From the NCBI GenBank assembly GCA_964512865.1, contig CAZELC010000002.1, forward strand, positions 1-32,233: DNA of 32,233 nucleotides, in the 5' to 3' direction. Shown here piece after piece: positions 9,004-18,329 of the stretch (position 1 is its first letter; each line of letters opens with the position of its first letter). Source of the DNA: an uncultured Bacteroidales bacterium. Lineage in GTDB: Bacteria > Bacteroidota > Bacteroidia > Bacteroidales > CAIWKO01. The notes beneath the pieces were generated by a model, which was given only the letters and a program-made list of their open reading frames with translations, was not told the DNA's origin and made no database searches. The position numbers were made by a program, and so were the translations under genes.

Positions 9004-10794
9004 TTATTTAACTGCATCCTGAAATGATGCTTCATTGAAATATTTTAAGAATTCTCTGTCGTCTTTAGCTTGTGCTCTGTATTTAGGATCAGCAGCAATT
9101 GCTTTTTTAATGTTATCATACATCATGGAAGTGTTTCCTGAACGTGCTCCGTCAACAGCAATTAAATAATAAACAAAAGCTGTTTGAGGTTTTGTGCAGG
9201 CAAGAGTTTTAGAAGCTTCATCAAGTTTTGCAAGTAATAACTGTGCAAGAGCAATATTATATTTGCATTTTTTAGCTCCGAATGAATTTAAAGCTCCGTT
9301 ATAATCGCCCTGACGAATTTTGAGTAATCCTAAATTATAGTTAATATCTATTCCACCAGCTTTAGCTGTGTTGAAATATGTTTGAGCCTGATCGTTATTT
9401 CTTCCCCAGAAAGCTAATACACCCATATTGTAAGCAATTTGAGGATTGTTTGGTTTCAGTTTGTTAGCCTGATCAAGTAATGTAGCAGCTTCATCAGTTT
9501 TTCCAAGTAACATTGCAACAGCACCAGCATTATTATAACCTCTCCAATCCTGTGGATAAATCTGAATTGCTGATTTATAAATCTGATATTTAGTATTATT
9601 ATCTTCTGTTAAAGTTGCAGAATACAATAATTCTTTGTTATCAAGTTTGTTTGGAGCAGTTGTAGAAAGTTGGATTATTTCTTCTTTTGATTTTTTCGGT
9701 TCATAGCAAGCAAGAACAAATTCTGCTCTTCTGAGAGGAGCTAACATCTTTTCAATTTCACCGTAAATAACTGTCATATCACGAATTGCTTTTTCTCTTT
9801 CAAGGCGTGATTGGTGGCTGTTTATAACATTAGAAATGGTTTGTTTCTGTGGAAGGTTTGAACCATTTAAAGTTTTCATGAAACCATCATAATCTGGTCC
9901 TTTTGAAACGATATTAAGTTTTACGTCTTCAGCTTTTTTGTATCCTTTTAATGTAGAATCCTTAATCATTTTCTTGAATTCATCTAATAAGAATTTGTTT
10001 GCTGTTTTACCACGTTCGTCAGCAAGTTTCTGGTTGAGGGTTAATTCACCTTCAGGAGAACACCATGCATTAACATCAAATGATTTAATTTTCCAGTTTT
10101 GTTTAAGGAAAGCATAAAATGCTTTTAAAGTTCCGATATTGGCTGTATCTTTATTTAAAGCTAATCCTTTATCAAAATTTGATTTGTTATAGTCAAAATA
10201 AAGGTTTGCTTTTTTAGTCCAGATAGTTTCTAATTCGTAACCATGAGCAGCAATTTCAATATCTTCATCACGTTCAACTCTTTCTGAAGTATAAATTACA
10301 CCGTCAGCAAGTTTTCTTTCGCCAAGTTCAACACCTTTGAATTTTTCTTTAAGCTCAACTTTTTTAGCAGTTTCCTTAACACTTTCTTTAGCTTTAAAAG
10401 CAATAGGATTAACCTTAAGAACTGATTTGTTCATTTCCGGTTTATAATCGAAAGTATAAGTGTATGTAAAAGAGCCGCCTTCTTTTTTCTTAACAACCTG
10501 ACCGTCGCCCTGAACTTTTTCGCCTTTGAGCATAATTGGTTTCATAACTGTTTCGCCACCATCATAAACCAAAACAGGTTCAAAAAACATAGCTGCTTTT
10601 TTAATAAAATATTTCTGTGGAACAGTACCGTTAAAAGTAACCGTAATTTTTCCGCCATGTGTTTCCAAAACTTCGGGTGTGGCCGAAAATTTTACAGTAG
10701 GATATTTTTTAATCATTTTGCTTAAACCGCAACCAGTAACCAACACAACGGCAAGTACTAAAGCAGTCAAAACTTTTAAGCTAGAGGTTCTCAT
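9004..10794 (-). CDS. Lipoprotein with C-terminal TPR repeats
   Basis: Lipobox 'LVTGCG' follows the signal peptide. The C-terminal ~200 aa have TPR-like periodicity ('YNNAGAVAMLLGKTDEAATLLDQANKLKPNNPQIAYNMGV...'). A central 'AWCSPEGELTLNQKLADERGKTANKFL' resembles the OmpA-like peptidoglycan-binding motif. Confidence 0.7.
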   Translation of the reverse strand: MRTSSLKVLTALVLAVVLVTGCGLSKMIKKYPTVKFSATPEVLETHGGKITVTFNGTVPQKYFIKKAAMFFEPVLVYDGGETVMKPIMLKGEKVQGDGQVVKKKEGGSFTYTYTFDYKPEMNKSVLKVNPIAFKAKESVKETAKKVELKEKFKGVELGERKLADGVIYTSERVERDEDIEIAAHGYELETIWTKKANLYFDYNKSNFDKGLALNKDTANIGTLKAFYAFLKQNWKIKSFDVNAWCSPEGELTLNQKLADERGKTANKFLLDEFKKMIKDSTLKGYKKAEDVKLNIVSKGPDYDGFMKTLNGSNLPQKQTISNVINSHQSRLEREKAIRDMTVIYGEIEKMLAPLRRAEFVLACYEPKKSKEEIIQLSTTAPNKLDNKELLYSATLTEDNNTKYQIYKSAIQIYPQDWRGYNNAGAVAMLLGKTDEAATLLDQANKLKPNNPQIAYNMGVLAFWGRNNDQAQTYFNTAKAGGIDINYNLGLLKIRQGDYNGALNSFGAKKCKYNIALAQLLLAKLDEASKTLACTKPQTAFVYYLIAVDGARSGNTSMMYDNIKKAIAADPKYRAQAKDDREFLKYFNEASFQDAVK

Positions 10795-10836
10795 AATTTT
10801 ATGTTTAAATTAATAATAAATTTTCATTTCGGGTTA

Positions 10837-10844
10837 CAAATATA
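10837..10844 (-). promoter_or_regulatory. Candidate Bacteroidota -7 promoter element (TATATTTG on the minus strand)
   Basis: Exact match to TAnnTTTG, 43 nt upstream of the start codon at 10794. No clear -33 TTTG partner. Confidence 0.35.
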
Positions 10845-10924
10845 TATAAACAAAAATAAAGTAAGCAATTTTTTTTAAAAAATATTAATAAATTGGAGTT
10901 CCGCACAGCAGCTAATTGTTTCAA

Positions 10925-11458
10925 TTAAAATATTTTGATTTTATTGGTTATATTCCAAATAACAATACCAGCGCTTACGGAAACATTCAAAGAATGTTTC
11001 ATTCCATACTGAGGTATTTCAATACAAGCATCAAGCAATGGGATTATTTCATTGCTAAGTCCCTCAACCTCATTGCCGAAAACTATAACTATTTTTTCAT
11101 TTTTAGAAGGTGAAAAATCATTAAGATCAGTGCTTTCATCAACCTGTTCTATACCGTAAATTTTATATCCGGCATTTTTTAATTCAATTATTGATTCAAG
11201 AGTGGTCTGAAAATATTTCCAGTTAACTGTTTCTGTTGCATCCAATGCCGTTCGCTGAATTTCCCTGTGTGGAGGCTGAGCAGTAATTCCGCAAAGATGT
11301 ATAGCTTCAATCCGGAAAGCGTCGCAGGTACGAAATATAGAGCCGACATTATGCATACTTCTAATATTGTCGAGTACAACAACCATGGGGAATTTATCAA
11401 CCAGTTTAAACTGCTCTTTTGTTAAACGGTTAAGTTCGTGTGTTTTTAGCTTTCTCAT
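10925..11458 (-). CDS. TrmH/SpoU-family RNA 2'-O-methyltransferase
   Basis: SPOUT motifs 'VVLDNIRSMHNVGSIFRTCDAF', 'VFGNEVEGLS' and 'IPQYGMKHSLNVSVSAGIVIW'. Confidence 0.85.
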   Translation of the reverse strand: MRKLKTHELNRLTKEQFKLVDKFPMVVVLDNIRSMHNVGSIFRTCDAFRIEAIHLCGITAQPPHREIQRTALDATETVNWKYFQTTLESIIELKNAGYKIYGIEQVDESTDLNDFSPSKNEKIVIVFGNEVEGLSNEIIPLLDACIEIPQYGMKHSLNVSVSAGIVIWNITNKIKIF

Positions 11459-11579
11459 TTATTTGAGTTTCCGAAAATTTAATTATTGATTTGATGAATT
11501 GTTGATTAAACTAAAAAGAGTTTATATGGTAAATATAATCATCAAGAATAATCACAATTTGCTCTCTGTTCTTTGCAAT

Positions 11580-12065
11580 TTACTCAGTAACTTTTCCAAT
11601 ATCATCAATCCTGAATAGCTTAAATTCTTTTCCGTTCCAATATGCCATTACTTCAGCTGACTGATATTTTAAACCATAACATTCATGGGGATTAAGATTA
11701 TTCTTTTCGGCACGCATTTTACCTTTTTCAGGGAAAACAGTAACTAATTTTCCATAAGTTCCTTTTTTAGAGAGGATTTTTATTCCATCTGCTGAAATTT
11801 CCTGCTGTTCAATAAGTTTTTTCATAATTCCAATTATTACTTCATCACCAAGATCTGCCGGAAGAATAAAAAGTGTTTTGGCTTTTTCATAATCGCCGGC
11901 AACAAGGTAACCATTAAGTTCTTCAAGTTTCTGTATAAGAAGTTCTTTTGAAGGGTCGGCATTGGAAATTTCTGCTTTATGCTTAATCGGACTGAAAGCG
12001 GCAAAAGTCTGCAAAAACATAAAATTCAATAAAATGGCACTTAATAAAAGGAATTTTTTTGTCAT
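11580..12065 (-). CDS. Hypothetical secreted protein
   Basis: ATG 12065 gives the signal peptide 'MTKKFLLLSAILLNFMFLQTFA'. The TTG of the longest ORF (12095-12093) is itself part of a TAnnTTTG promoter motif. No family recognised. Confidence 0.55.
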   Translation of the reverse strand: MTKKFLLLSAILLNFMFLQTFAAFSPIKHKAEISNADPSKELLIQKLEELNGYLVAGDYEKAKTLFILPADLGDEVIIGIMKKLIEQQEISADGIKILSKKGTYGKLVTVFPEKGKMRAEKNNLNPHECYGLKYQSAEVMAYWNGKEFKLFRIDDIGKVTE

Positions 12066-12092
12066 TGTTTTGGATTTAAATTGACGATTGTT

Positions 12093-12100
12093 CAAAGATA
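12093..12100 (-). promoter_or_regulatory. Candidate -7 promoter element (TATCTTTG on the minus strand)
   Basis: Exact TAnnTTTG match, 28 nt upstream of ATG 12065. Confidence 0.4.
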
Positions 12101-12293
12101 GTTTTTTTATGATAGAAAAATAGAAATAATGATAAATGGGTAATTGTATAGATTTAGGTTTCTGAAAGCCTATAAAACTTTTTTAAATTTTAAAATAAAT
12201 TCCCAGTTATCATTTCCTTAATGATAACTCAATTGTTTTATAACTTTTAATATTTCCACCAATCCGAATTATCCAAAAAAAGAAAATTTATCG

Positions 12294-12322
12294 TTTGAGT
12301 TTTAACTATATTTTTAACTTTG
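12294..12322 (+). promoter_or_regulatory. Candidate mutS promoter (-33 TTTG plus -7 TAACTTTG)
   Basis: 'tttg' at 12294-12297 and 'taactttg' at 12315-12322 are separated by 17 nt. The -7 motif ends 16 nt before the start codon at 12339. Confidence 0.4.
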
Positions 12323-12338
12323 TCATAAAAATTAAATT

Positions 12339-14960
12339 TTGGCAAAACAAGAAAAAGATATAGCCGAAACCCCGTTAATGAAGCAATACAATGCAATAAA
12401 GGCGAAATATCCTGATGCTCTGCTATTGTTCCGTGTAGGAGATTTTTATGAAACCTTTGGTGAAGATGCAGTTAAAATGTCGAAGATTCTTGGAATTGTC
12501 CTTACAAAAAGAGCTAATGGTTACGCTGCTTCTATTGAACTTGCCGGTTTCCCTCATCATGCACTTGATACTTACCTTCCAAAACTTGTAAGAGCAGGGC
12601 AAAGAGTTGCAATCTGTGACCAACTGGAAGACCCTAAGCTGACAAAGAAAATAGTAAAACGTGGTATTACCGAAATTGTAACTCCGGGAGTATCATATAA
12701 CGATAAAGTACTTAACCATAAGGAAAATAATTTTTTGGCAGGGGTTCATTTTAATCAGAAGACTACAGGAATTTCTTTTCTGGATGTTTCTACAGGAGAA
12801 TATTATATCGCACAAGGAAGTAATGATTATATTGATAACCTATTACAGAATTTTAAACCAAATGAAGTTATTGTACAGAAAAGTAAATTAAAAGCTTTTC
12901 TGGAATTATTCGGAGATAAATTTTATTGCAACACTTTTGAAGATTGGGTTTTTACTTATGATTTTACCAGTGAGCTGCTTCTAAAGCATTTTGAAACCAC
13001 TTCGTTTAAAGGTTTTGGTATTGAAACTCTTGATCAGGGAATAATTGCGGCAGGTGCTGTTTTACATTACCTTGCAGATACACAGCACGATAAGGTAAAG
13101 CATATTAATAAAATATCTCGTATAGAAGAAGACCGTTATGTATGGCTTGACAGGTTCACTGTAAGAAATCTTGAGCTGCTTTTTTCTGCTAACGAAAACG
13201 CTACAACACTTTTTGATGTCATTGACCAAACGCAAACTCCAATGGGCTCCAGATTGCTCAGAAGATGGTTGATTCTTCCTTTAAAGGAAAAACAACCTAT
13301 TGAAGAAAGGCTTGACATTGTTGAGTATTTTATTTGTAATAAGGAATTTGCATCGGAAGTTATCAAGCAAATTAAACTTATTGGTGATATTGAAAGACTG
13401 ATTTCAAAAGTTGCTGTTGGAAAGATAAATCCCAGAGAAATAGTTCAGTTGAAAAGAGCTTTATTTGCAATAGAAGAAATTAAAAATCTATTTGAAAAGT
13501 CTGAATGTATTCCATTAAAAAAAATAGGGGAACAGCTTAATTATTGCCGGATAATCCGTGATAAAATTGACAAAGAAATTAAACCGGAACCTTCTGTTCT
13601 TATTACAAAAGGTGATGTTATTGCAGAAAATGTTTCAGCTGAGCTTGACGAACTGCGACTTCTTTCTTCTTCGGGGAAAGATTATCTGTTAAAAGTTCAG
13701 CAGCGTGAAAGTGAAAAAACCGGAATACCGTCACTGAAAGTTGCATTTAATAACGTTTTTGGTTATTATCTGGAAGTTACCAATACTCATAAGGACAAAG
13801 TTCCTCAGGAGTGGCAGAGAAAGCAAACTCTTGTTAATGCTGAAAGATATATTACAGAGGAATTAAAAGAATACGAATCTAAGATTCTTGGTGCAGAAGA
13901 AAAAATCCAGGCAATAGAACAAAAAATATATAACGATCTTATACTGGCGCTATCTGATTATATTGAACCTGTTCAGTTAAATGCATCTTTAATAGCTAAA
14001 ACCGACTGCTTTTTATCTTTTGCTTTTGTAGCGGAACAAAATAATTATAAGCGACCAAAACTTAACGAGTCATTTGTTTTGGATATAAAAAATGGCAGAC
14101 ATCCTGTTATTGAAAAAAGACTTCCTGAAGGAGAAAAATATATAGCAAATGATGTTTATCTGGATGACAAAAGTCAGCAGATAATAATGATCACAGGCCC
14201 GAATATGTCGGGAAAGTCGGCATTGTTAAGACAAACAGCACTGATTGTACTTATGGCACAAATTGGTTCTTATGTGCCGGCGGATTCTGCGGAGATTGGA
14301 CTTGTAGATAAAATATTCACACGTGTCGGTGCTTCGGATAATATTTCTTCGGGCGAATCAACTTTTATGGTTGAGATGAATGAAACAGCAAGCATTCTGA
14401 ATAATATTTCAGATAGAAGTTTACTTTTACTTGATGAAATTGGCAGAGGAACAAGTACTTATGACGGAATTTCAATTGCGTGGGCTATTGCTGAATATCT
14501 TCATAATCATCAATTATTTAAACCTAAAGTGCTTTTTGCGACACATTATCATGAGTTAAATGAAATGGCCGATTTGCTGCCAAGAATTAAGAATTTCAAT
14601 ATTTCAGTTAAGGAAATTAACAATAAAATAATTTTCCTCCGCAAATTTGTTCCCGGCGGCACTGAGCATAGTTTTGGAATTCATGTTGCCAAAATGGCGG
14701 GTATGCCTAATTTAGTTGTTGAAAGGGCAAATGAAATTCTTCATCAGCTTGAAAAATCACATAGTTCTGAGGAAATATCAAAACATTCATCAGGCAAATC
14801 AATTGAAGATTCTTACCAGCTTAGCTTTATTCAGCTTAATGATCCGCTTCTTGATCAGATAAAAGACGATATTCTTAATATCAATATTGATACACTCACT
14901 CCTGTAGAAGCTTTAATGAAGCTCAATGAAATAAAAAAACTGCTTACCAGAAAAAAATAA
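12339..14960 (+). CDS. mutS: DNA mismatch repair protein MutS
   Basis: 873 aa. N-terminal 'TPLMKQY...[11 protein letters not shown]', Walker A 'GPNMSGKS', 'STFMVEM', '[14 protein letters not shown]' and 'ATHYHEL'. A TTG start is probable, because the conserved 'TPLM' lies upstream of the first in-frame ATG. Confidence 0.95.
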   Translation: MAKQEKDIAETPLMKQYNAIKAKYPDALLLFRVGDFYETFGEDAVKMSKILGIVLTKRANGYAASIELAGFPHHALDTYLPKLVRAGQRVAICDQLEDPKLTKKIVKRGITEIVTPGVSYNDKVLNHKENNFLAGVHFNQKTTGISFLDVSTGEYYIAQGSNDYIDNLLQNFKPNEVIVQKSKLKAFLELFGDKFYCNTFEDWVFTYDFTSELLLKHFETTSFKGFGIETLDQGIIAAGAVLHYLADTQHDKVKHINKISRIEEDRYVWLDRFTVRNLELLFSANENATTLFDVIDQTQTPMGSRLLRRWLILPLKEKQPIEERLDIVEYFICNKEFASEVIKQIKLIGDIERLISKVAVGKINPREIVQLKRALFAIEEIKNLFEKSECIPLKKIGEQLNYCRIIRDKIDKEIKPEPSVLITKGDVIAENVSAELDELRLLSSSGKDYLLKVQQRESEKTGIPSLKVAFNNVFGYYLEVTNTHKDKVPQEWQRKQTLVNAERYITEELKEYESKILGAEEKIQAIEQKIYNDLILALSDYIEPVQLNASLIAKTDCFLSFAFVAEQNNYKRPKLNESFVLDIKNGRHPVIEKRLPEGEKYIANDVYLDDKSQQIIMITGPNMSGKSALLRQTALIVLMAQIGSYVPADSAEIGLVDKIFTRVGASDNISSGESTFMVEMNETASILNNISDRSLLLLDEIGRGTSTYDGISIAWAIAEYLHNHQLFKPKVLFATHYHELNEMADLLPRIKNFNISVKEINNKIIFLRKFVPGGTEHSFGIHVAKMAGMPNLVVERANEILHQLEKSHSSEEISKHSSGKSIEDSYQLSFIQLNDPLLDQIKDDILNINIDTLTPVEALMKLNEIKKLLTRKK

Positions 14961-14972
14961 TTAAGCTTTTTA

Positions 14973-15317
14973 TTAAAATGGCAAATCATTAGAGTCATCT
15001 TCGGGCTCAAGTGAGATGGCTTCATTTTTTTCCGGCAAAGGAAGATCATTTTCTTCAGCTAATTCTACTCGCCAGGCTTTAATATCATTATACCATTTCC
15101 CATTGTATTCACGACTTTCAATATCAAAGTCTATTTTAAGCTGATTTCCGACTTTTAAAATACTTGGATCGGCTTTGTCGCCCCAAATTGTTACACATAT
15201 TTTTTTTGCGAACTGTTCATTTGTTTCAACAACAATATACTGTTTTTTCCATTGTCCGTTTTTCCCTGTTCCTGTTTGAAGAGGTAAAAGTTGGATGATT
15301 TTGGCTGTAATTTGCAT
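14973..15317 (-). CDS. DUF3127-family OB-fold protein with an SSB-like acidic C-terminal tip
   Basis: 'MQITAKIIQLLPLQTGTGKNGQWKKQYIVVETNEQFAKKICVTIWGDK...ESREYNGKWYNDIKAWRVE' matches my recollection of DUF3127. The tail is 'EPEDDSNDLPF'. Confidence 0.8.
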   Translation of the reverse strand: MQITAKIIQLLPLQTGTGKNGQWKKQYIVVETNEQFAKKICVTIWGDKADPSILKVGNQLKIDFDIESREYNGKWYNDIKAWRVELAEENDLPLPEKNEAISLEPEDDSNDLPF

Positions 15318-15410
15318 GGCTTGTAATTTTTTAATTTATTGAATAGATGAATTATTGATTTGGCAAATAGTCAATCGGTTAAATAGTTAATTATTGAAAT
15401 ATATGCGTGA

Positions 15411-16700
15411 TTATTTTTTTATCAGTGCTTTTATTGGTTCAATCCCTAAAACATTTCCTTCCTGGATGGCTTTTAAAACTGCGCCACCGCCGGTAAAAAT
15501 ATAATATTTAGGGTCATCAAGAGCAACAATGTATAAACCAGGTAAAAGGCGTTTAAGTTCTTGTAAAGTATCGCCACCACCATATAATTTAGTTGCCTCA
15601 GGATTTTTATCTATGAGTTCATCAAGAGCAATAGTGCCATCGTGGAAATATGGCATAAATCCCATAACTGCATTAACAAAAACGGTTTTTGCTAATTTAA
15701 AAATTTTCTGAATTTCTGCTTCATGGAATGATTTGGGATCAACATCAAGAATATAATTAAGTTTTGTTCCCTTTTTAAGTTGTCTGATGTCATGAGTTCT
15801 GAATTTTCCTTTTATACGACCTTCCATAGTGTCAGATTCAACTATAAAAGGAAGTTCGAGGAGTTTCCCGGGATATTTTTTTGCAAATTTCACAAAGTTT
15901 TTTGCATATTCCATATCATCAGGTTCAACACCTTTAATTTCAAATCCGTATTTGGCAGCAATATACGCATTATAAATTACACCGCCAAGTACCAGATAAT
16001 CAGATACTTTAAGTAGTGCGTTCAATGAATCTATCTTGGTATCGAATTTTGAACCTGCTACAACAGAAATAAACGGACGTTGAGGATTATAAATCCGGTC
16101 AAGATTTTCAATCTCCTTTTGCATCAGGAAACCGGCATAAGAAGGAAGATATTTCGCTACTTTGACAGTAGAAGCATGTGCCTGCCATGAACCAAAAGCG
16201 TCATTAACAAAAATATCGGCAAGTCCTGCAAGTTGATAAGCAAAACGATCGGCTTCATCGCCTTTGCTTTCTTCTCCTGCAAACCATCGTGTATTTGGAA
16301 GATATATGGCGTCTATTTTATTTTCTTTAAGTTCGCGTATTAAATGATTTACCGAAGTTTCAATGCCCTGATATCCTTTGTTTTCTGTACTTGTAAACTC
16401 GGGAACTTTAACAGTGAGGTGGAGTTTGTTTTCCAGATAATTAACAATTGGCTGTACTGAACTATTATCATCTATTTTTATTTCACCGGTTTTCTTGTTT
16501 TTTGGCCTTCCTACATGGGTCATAAGAATTATTTTTCCGCCTTTTGCATTTATATAATACAAAGTGCCTATAGTTGCATCAATTCGGTACGGGTCGTGAA
16601 TTATACCTTTTTTTACAACATTATGGTCAACTCTCACAAGGACAATCTTGTCTTTCAGGTCAGCTTCCTGTAACAATGAAATATTAAGTTCTTTTACCAT
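15411..16700 (-). CDS. pgk: Phosphoglycerate kinase family protein (divergent)
   Basis: PGK motifs are retained: 'LVRVDHNV', 'THVGRP', 'NTRW', 'VNDAFGS', 'AGSKFDTKI', 'GGGDT' and 'TGGGA'. Several normally invariant positions differ (see findings). 429 aa. Confidence 0.75.
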   Translation of the reverse strand: MVKELNISLLQEADLKDKIVLVRVDHNVVKKGIIHDPYRIDATIGTLYYINAKGGKIILMTHVGRPKNKKTGEIKIDDNSSVQPIVNYLENKLHLTVKVPEFTSTENKGYQGIETSVNHLIRELKENKIDAIYLPNTRWFAGEESKGDEADRFAYQLAGLADIFVNDAFGSWQAHASTVKVAKYLPSYAGFLMQKEIENLDRIYNPQRPFISVVAGSKFDTKIDSLNALLKVSDYLVLGGVIYNAYIAAKYGFEIKGVEPDDMEYAKNFVKFAKKYPGKLLELPFIVESDTMEGRIKGKFRTHDIRQLKKGTKLNYILDVDPKSFHEAEIQKIFKLAKTVFVNAVMGFMPYFHDGTIALDELIDKNPEATKLYGGGDTLQELKRLLPGLYIVALDDPKYYIFTGGGAVLKAIQEGNVLGIEPIKALIKK

Positions 16701-16703
16701 CTT

Positions 16704-17246
16704 CTAATAATTATTATAATTTGACATTTCATTAATTTCTTTTCTTTTTTTGTTTCTTACATCAGGCGATTTTGGGTATCCGACAGTAATCAGAAGTCCT
16801 ATTTGCCTTTTATCGGGAATATTTAGCAATTGTTTAATTTTTCTTTCATTAAACCACCCGAGCATACATGTTCCAAGCCCAAGTTCGGCAGCTTGCAAAC
16901 AAAAATGTTCAGCAGCTATTCCAATATCAATAAGGTAGAAATCTTTGTTTTTAATTCTTCCTCCTATTTGCGAGTTTGTATTAGGCTTTTCCATGACAAT
17001 AACAACAATTACCGGGGCGCTAAGTGCAAACTTATTAAATGAAAATAATGTATTAAAAGTTTCTTTAGCAACTTTTTCTTTAAGCTCAGGCTCGTCAATT
17101 ATTACAAATTTCCAGGGCTGAGCATTGCAAGCAGATGGAGCTATTCTGGATGCATTTACGCAAATATTCAGCTTCTCCTTTTCAACCGCTTTTTCAGAGT
17201 AGCTTCTAACACTTTGACGTTTTAAAATAAGTTCAGAAAAATCCAT
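16704..17246 (-). CDS. Nitroreductase family protein
   Basis: 'RQSVRSY', 'APSACNAQPWKFVII' and 'GIAAEHFCLQAAELGLGTC'. The gap to the downstream PGK-like gene is 3 nt. Confidence 0.85.
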   Translation of the reverse strand: MDFSELILKRQSVRSYSEKAVEKEKLNICVNASRIAPSACNAQPWKFVIIDEPELKEKVAKETFNTLFSFNKFALSAPVIVVIVMEKPNTNSQIGGRIKNKDFYLIDIGIAAEHFCLQAAELGLGTCMLGWFNERKIKQLLNIPDKRQIGLLITVGYPKSPDVRNKKRKEINEMSNYNNY

Positions 17247-17248
17247 TA

Positions 17249-17770
17249 TTATAACTTTTCGTTATTAGGTATTTTCGCTTTTATCCATTCCTCAATCTGT
17301 AAATACTGCTCAACTGTAAAATACTTCTTTGGAAAAAAGTTGAATCTGAATTTATTAGGACAAAGTAATATAAGATCTTCATTAATAATGAATTTCTTAA
17401 AATGATTCCATGTAGCTTCCGATTTCAGATCTTTTCCGACTCCGGTAAAACCTTCGCTGTTAAATGTATAATCATACGGACTTTTAAAATCATGTAGTTT
17501 TTTATACATTCTTTTACCAATAGTTTTAAAACGCCAGTAAAAATAAATTATCAGAAATAATCCATAAAAAACAAGAAACCAGGCTACTAAATTTGAAAAT
17601 CCATAGTATAATGATTGTAAAAGGAAAAATGTTCCAGCAAGCAAAGATATTATTCCAATAAACAACAATAGGAAAGTTCTGTAAGTAAAAACTTTTCTGT
17701 AAAAAAGTTCATAGCTTTTCTGAAGATCGTCAGCAGTATATTGTATTTTAATGTTAATTTCTTCCATCAA
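17249..17770 (-). CDS. Hypothetical membrane protein (YcxB-like topology)
   Basis: Two adjacent TM helices (residues ~30-80) are followed by a soluble C-terminal domain. The gap to the nitroreductase gene is 2 nt. The family call is tentative. Confidence 0.55.
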   Translation of the reverse strand: MMEEINIKIQYTADDLQKSYELFYRKVFTYRTFLLLFIGIISLLAGTFFLLQSLYYGFSNLVAWFLVFYGLFLIIYFYWRFKTIGKRMYKKLHDFKSPYDYTFNSEGFTGVGKDLKSEATWNHFKKFIINEDLILLCPNKFRFNFFPKKYFTVEQYLQIEEWIKAKIPNNEKL

Positions 17771-17809
17771 TATGGTAAAAAATTAGTGTGATTAGCAGTT
17801 TTTCTAATT

Positions 17810-17853
17810 AAAAAAACAGAAACATATTGATAGCTTTCAGTAGTTTCTGTTTT
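17810..17853 (-). terminator. Intrinsic terminator after the small secreted-protein gene
   Basis: Minus-strand stem 'acagaaac'/'gtttctgt' (17816-17823 / 17843-17850), extendable by A-U pairs, is followed by a U7 run. The 19-nt loop is larger than typical. Confidence 0.5.
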
Positions 17854-17870
17854 CAAATGATTTTATTTTT

Positions 17871-18230
17871 TTATTTATCCAGAAGGTGCTTTTTAGATTC
17901 GTTTTTCCATCCGGTAAGGTTCTTATCTCTTCCAATAAAAATTATTAAATCGGCATCTTCAATTTTATTGACTATAAAAATGGTTTTAAGTGCATTTTTT
18001 TTGTCTCCGAAATGCCAATAACCAATATTTCCCGGTTTTACCTCTTCTATTTTCGATCTGTAAACATAAAGATCAATACCATTAGGAGTTTGCGATATAA
18101 AAACTTTAAAGTCAGCTTCTTTTATATCGTTTGTTTGATAAACGATCTGAGCTTTTAATTGCGATGAACTTAAAAAAATTAATGCTCCGACAAAGCATGT
18201 CAATTTCAAAACATAAATAAGATTTTTCAT
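17871..18230 (-). CDS. Hypothetical small secreted protein
   Basis: ATG 18230 gives the signal peptide 'MKNLIYVLKLTCFVGALIFLSSSQLKA'. The longest ORF starts at an unlikely TTG (18299). No family recognised with confidence. Confidence 0.55.
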   Translation of the reverse strand: MKNLIYVLKLTCFVGALIFLSSSQLKAQIVYQTNDIKEADFKVFISQTPNGIDLYVYRSKIEEVKPGNIGYWHFGDKKNALKTIFIVNKIEDADLIIFIGRDKNLTGWKNESKKHLLDK

Positions 18231-18329
18231 AAAATTGATGGTTTTGTAACTAAATGTAAAGATATAAATATTAATTCTGATAAGAAATATTTTTATCAAA
18301 ATTTAGTACCAGACGCAGAAAACTGATTT

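Noticed and set aside
10916-11400. Short ORFs at 10916-11113 (+) and 11188-11400 (-)
   Set aside because: They overlap the TrmH-family methyltransferase gene, whose frame carries all the SPOUT motifs.
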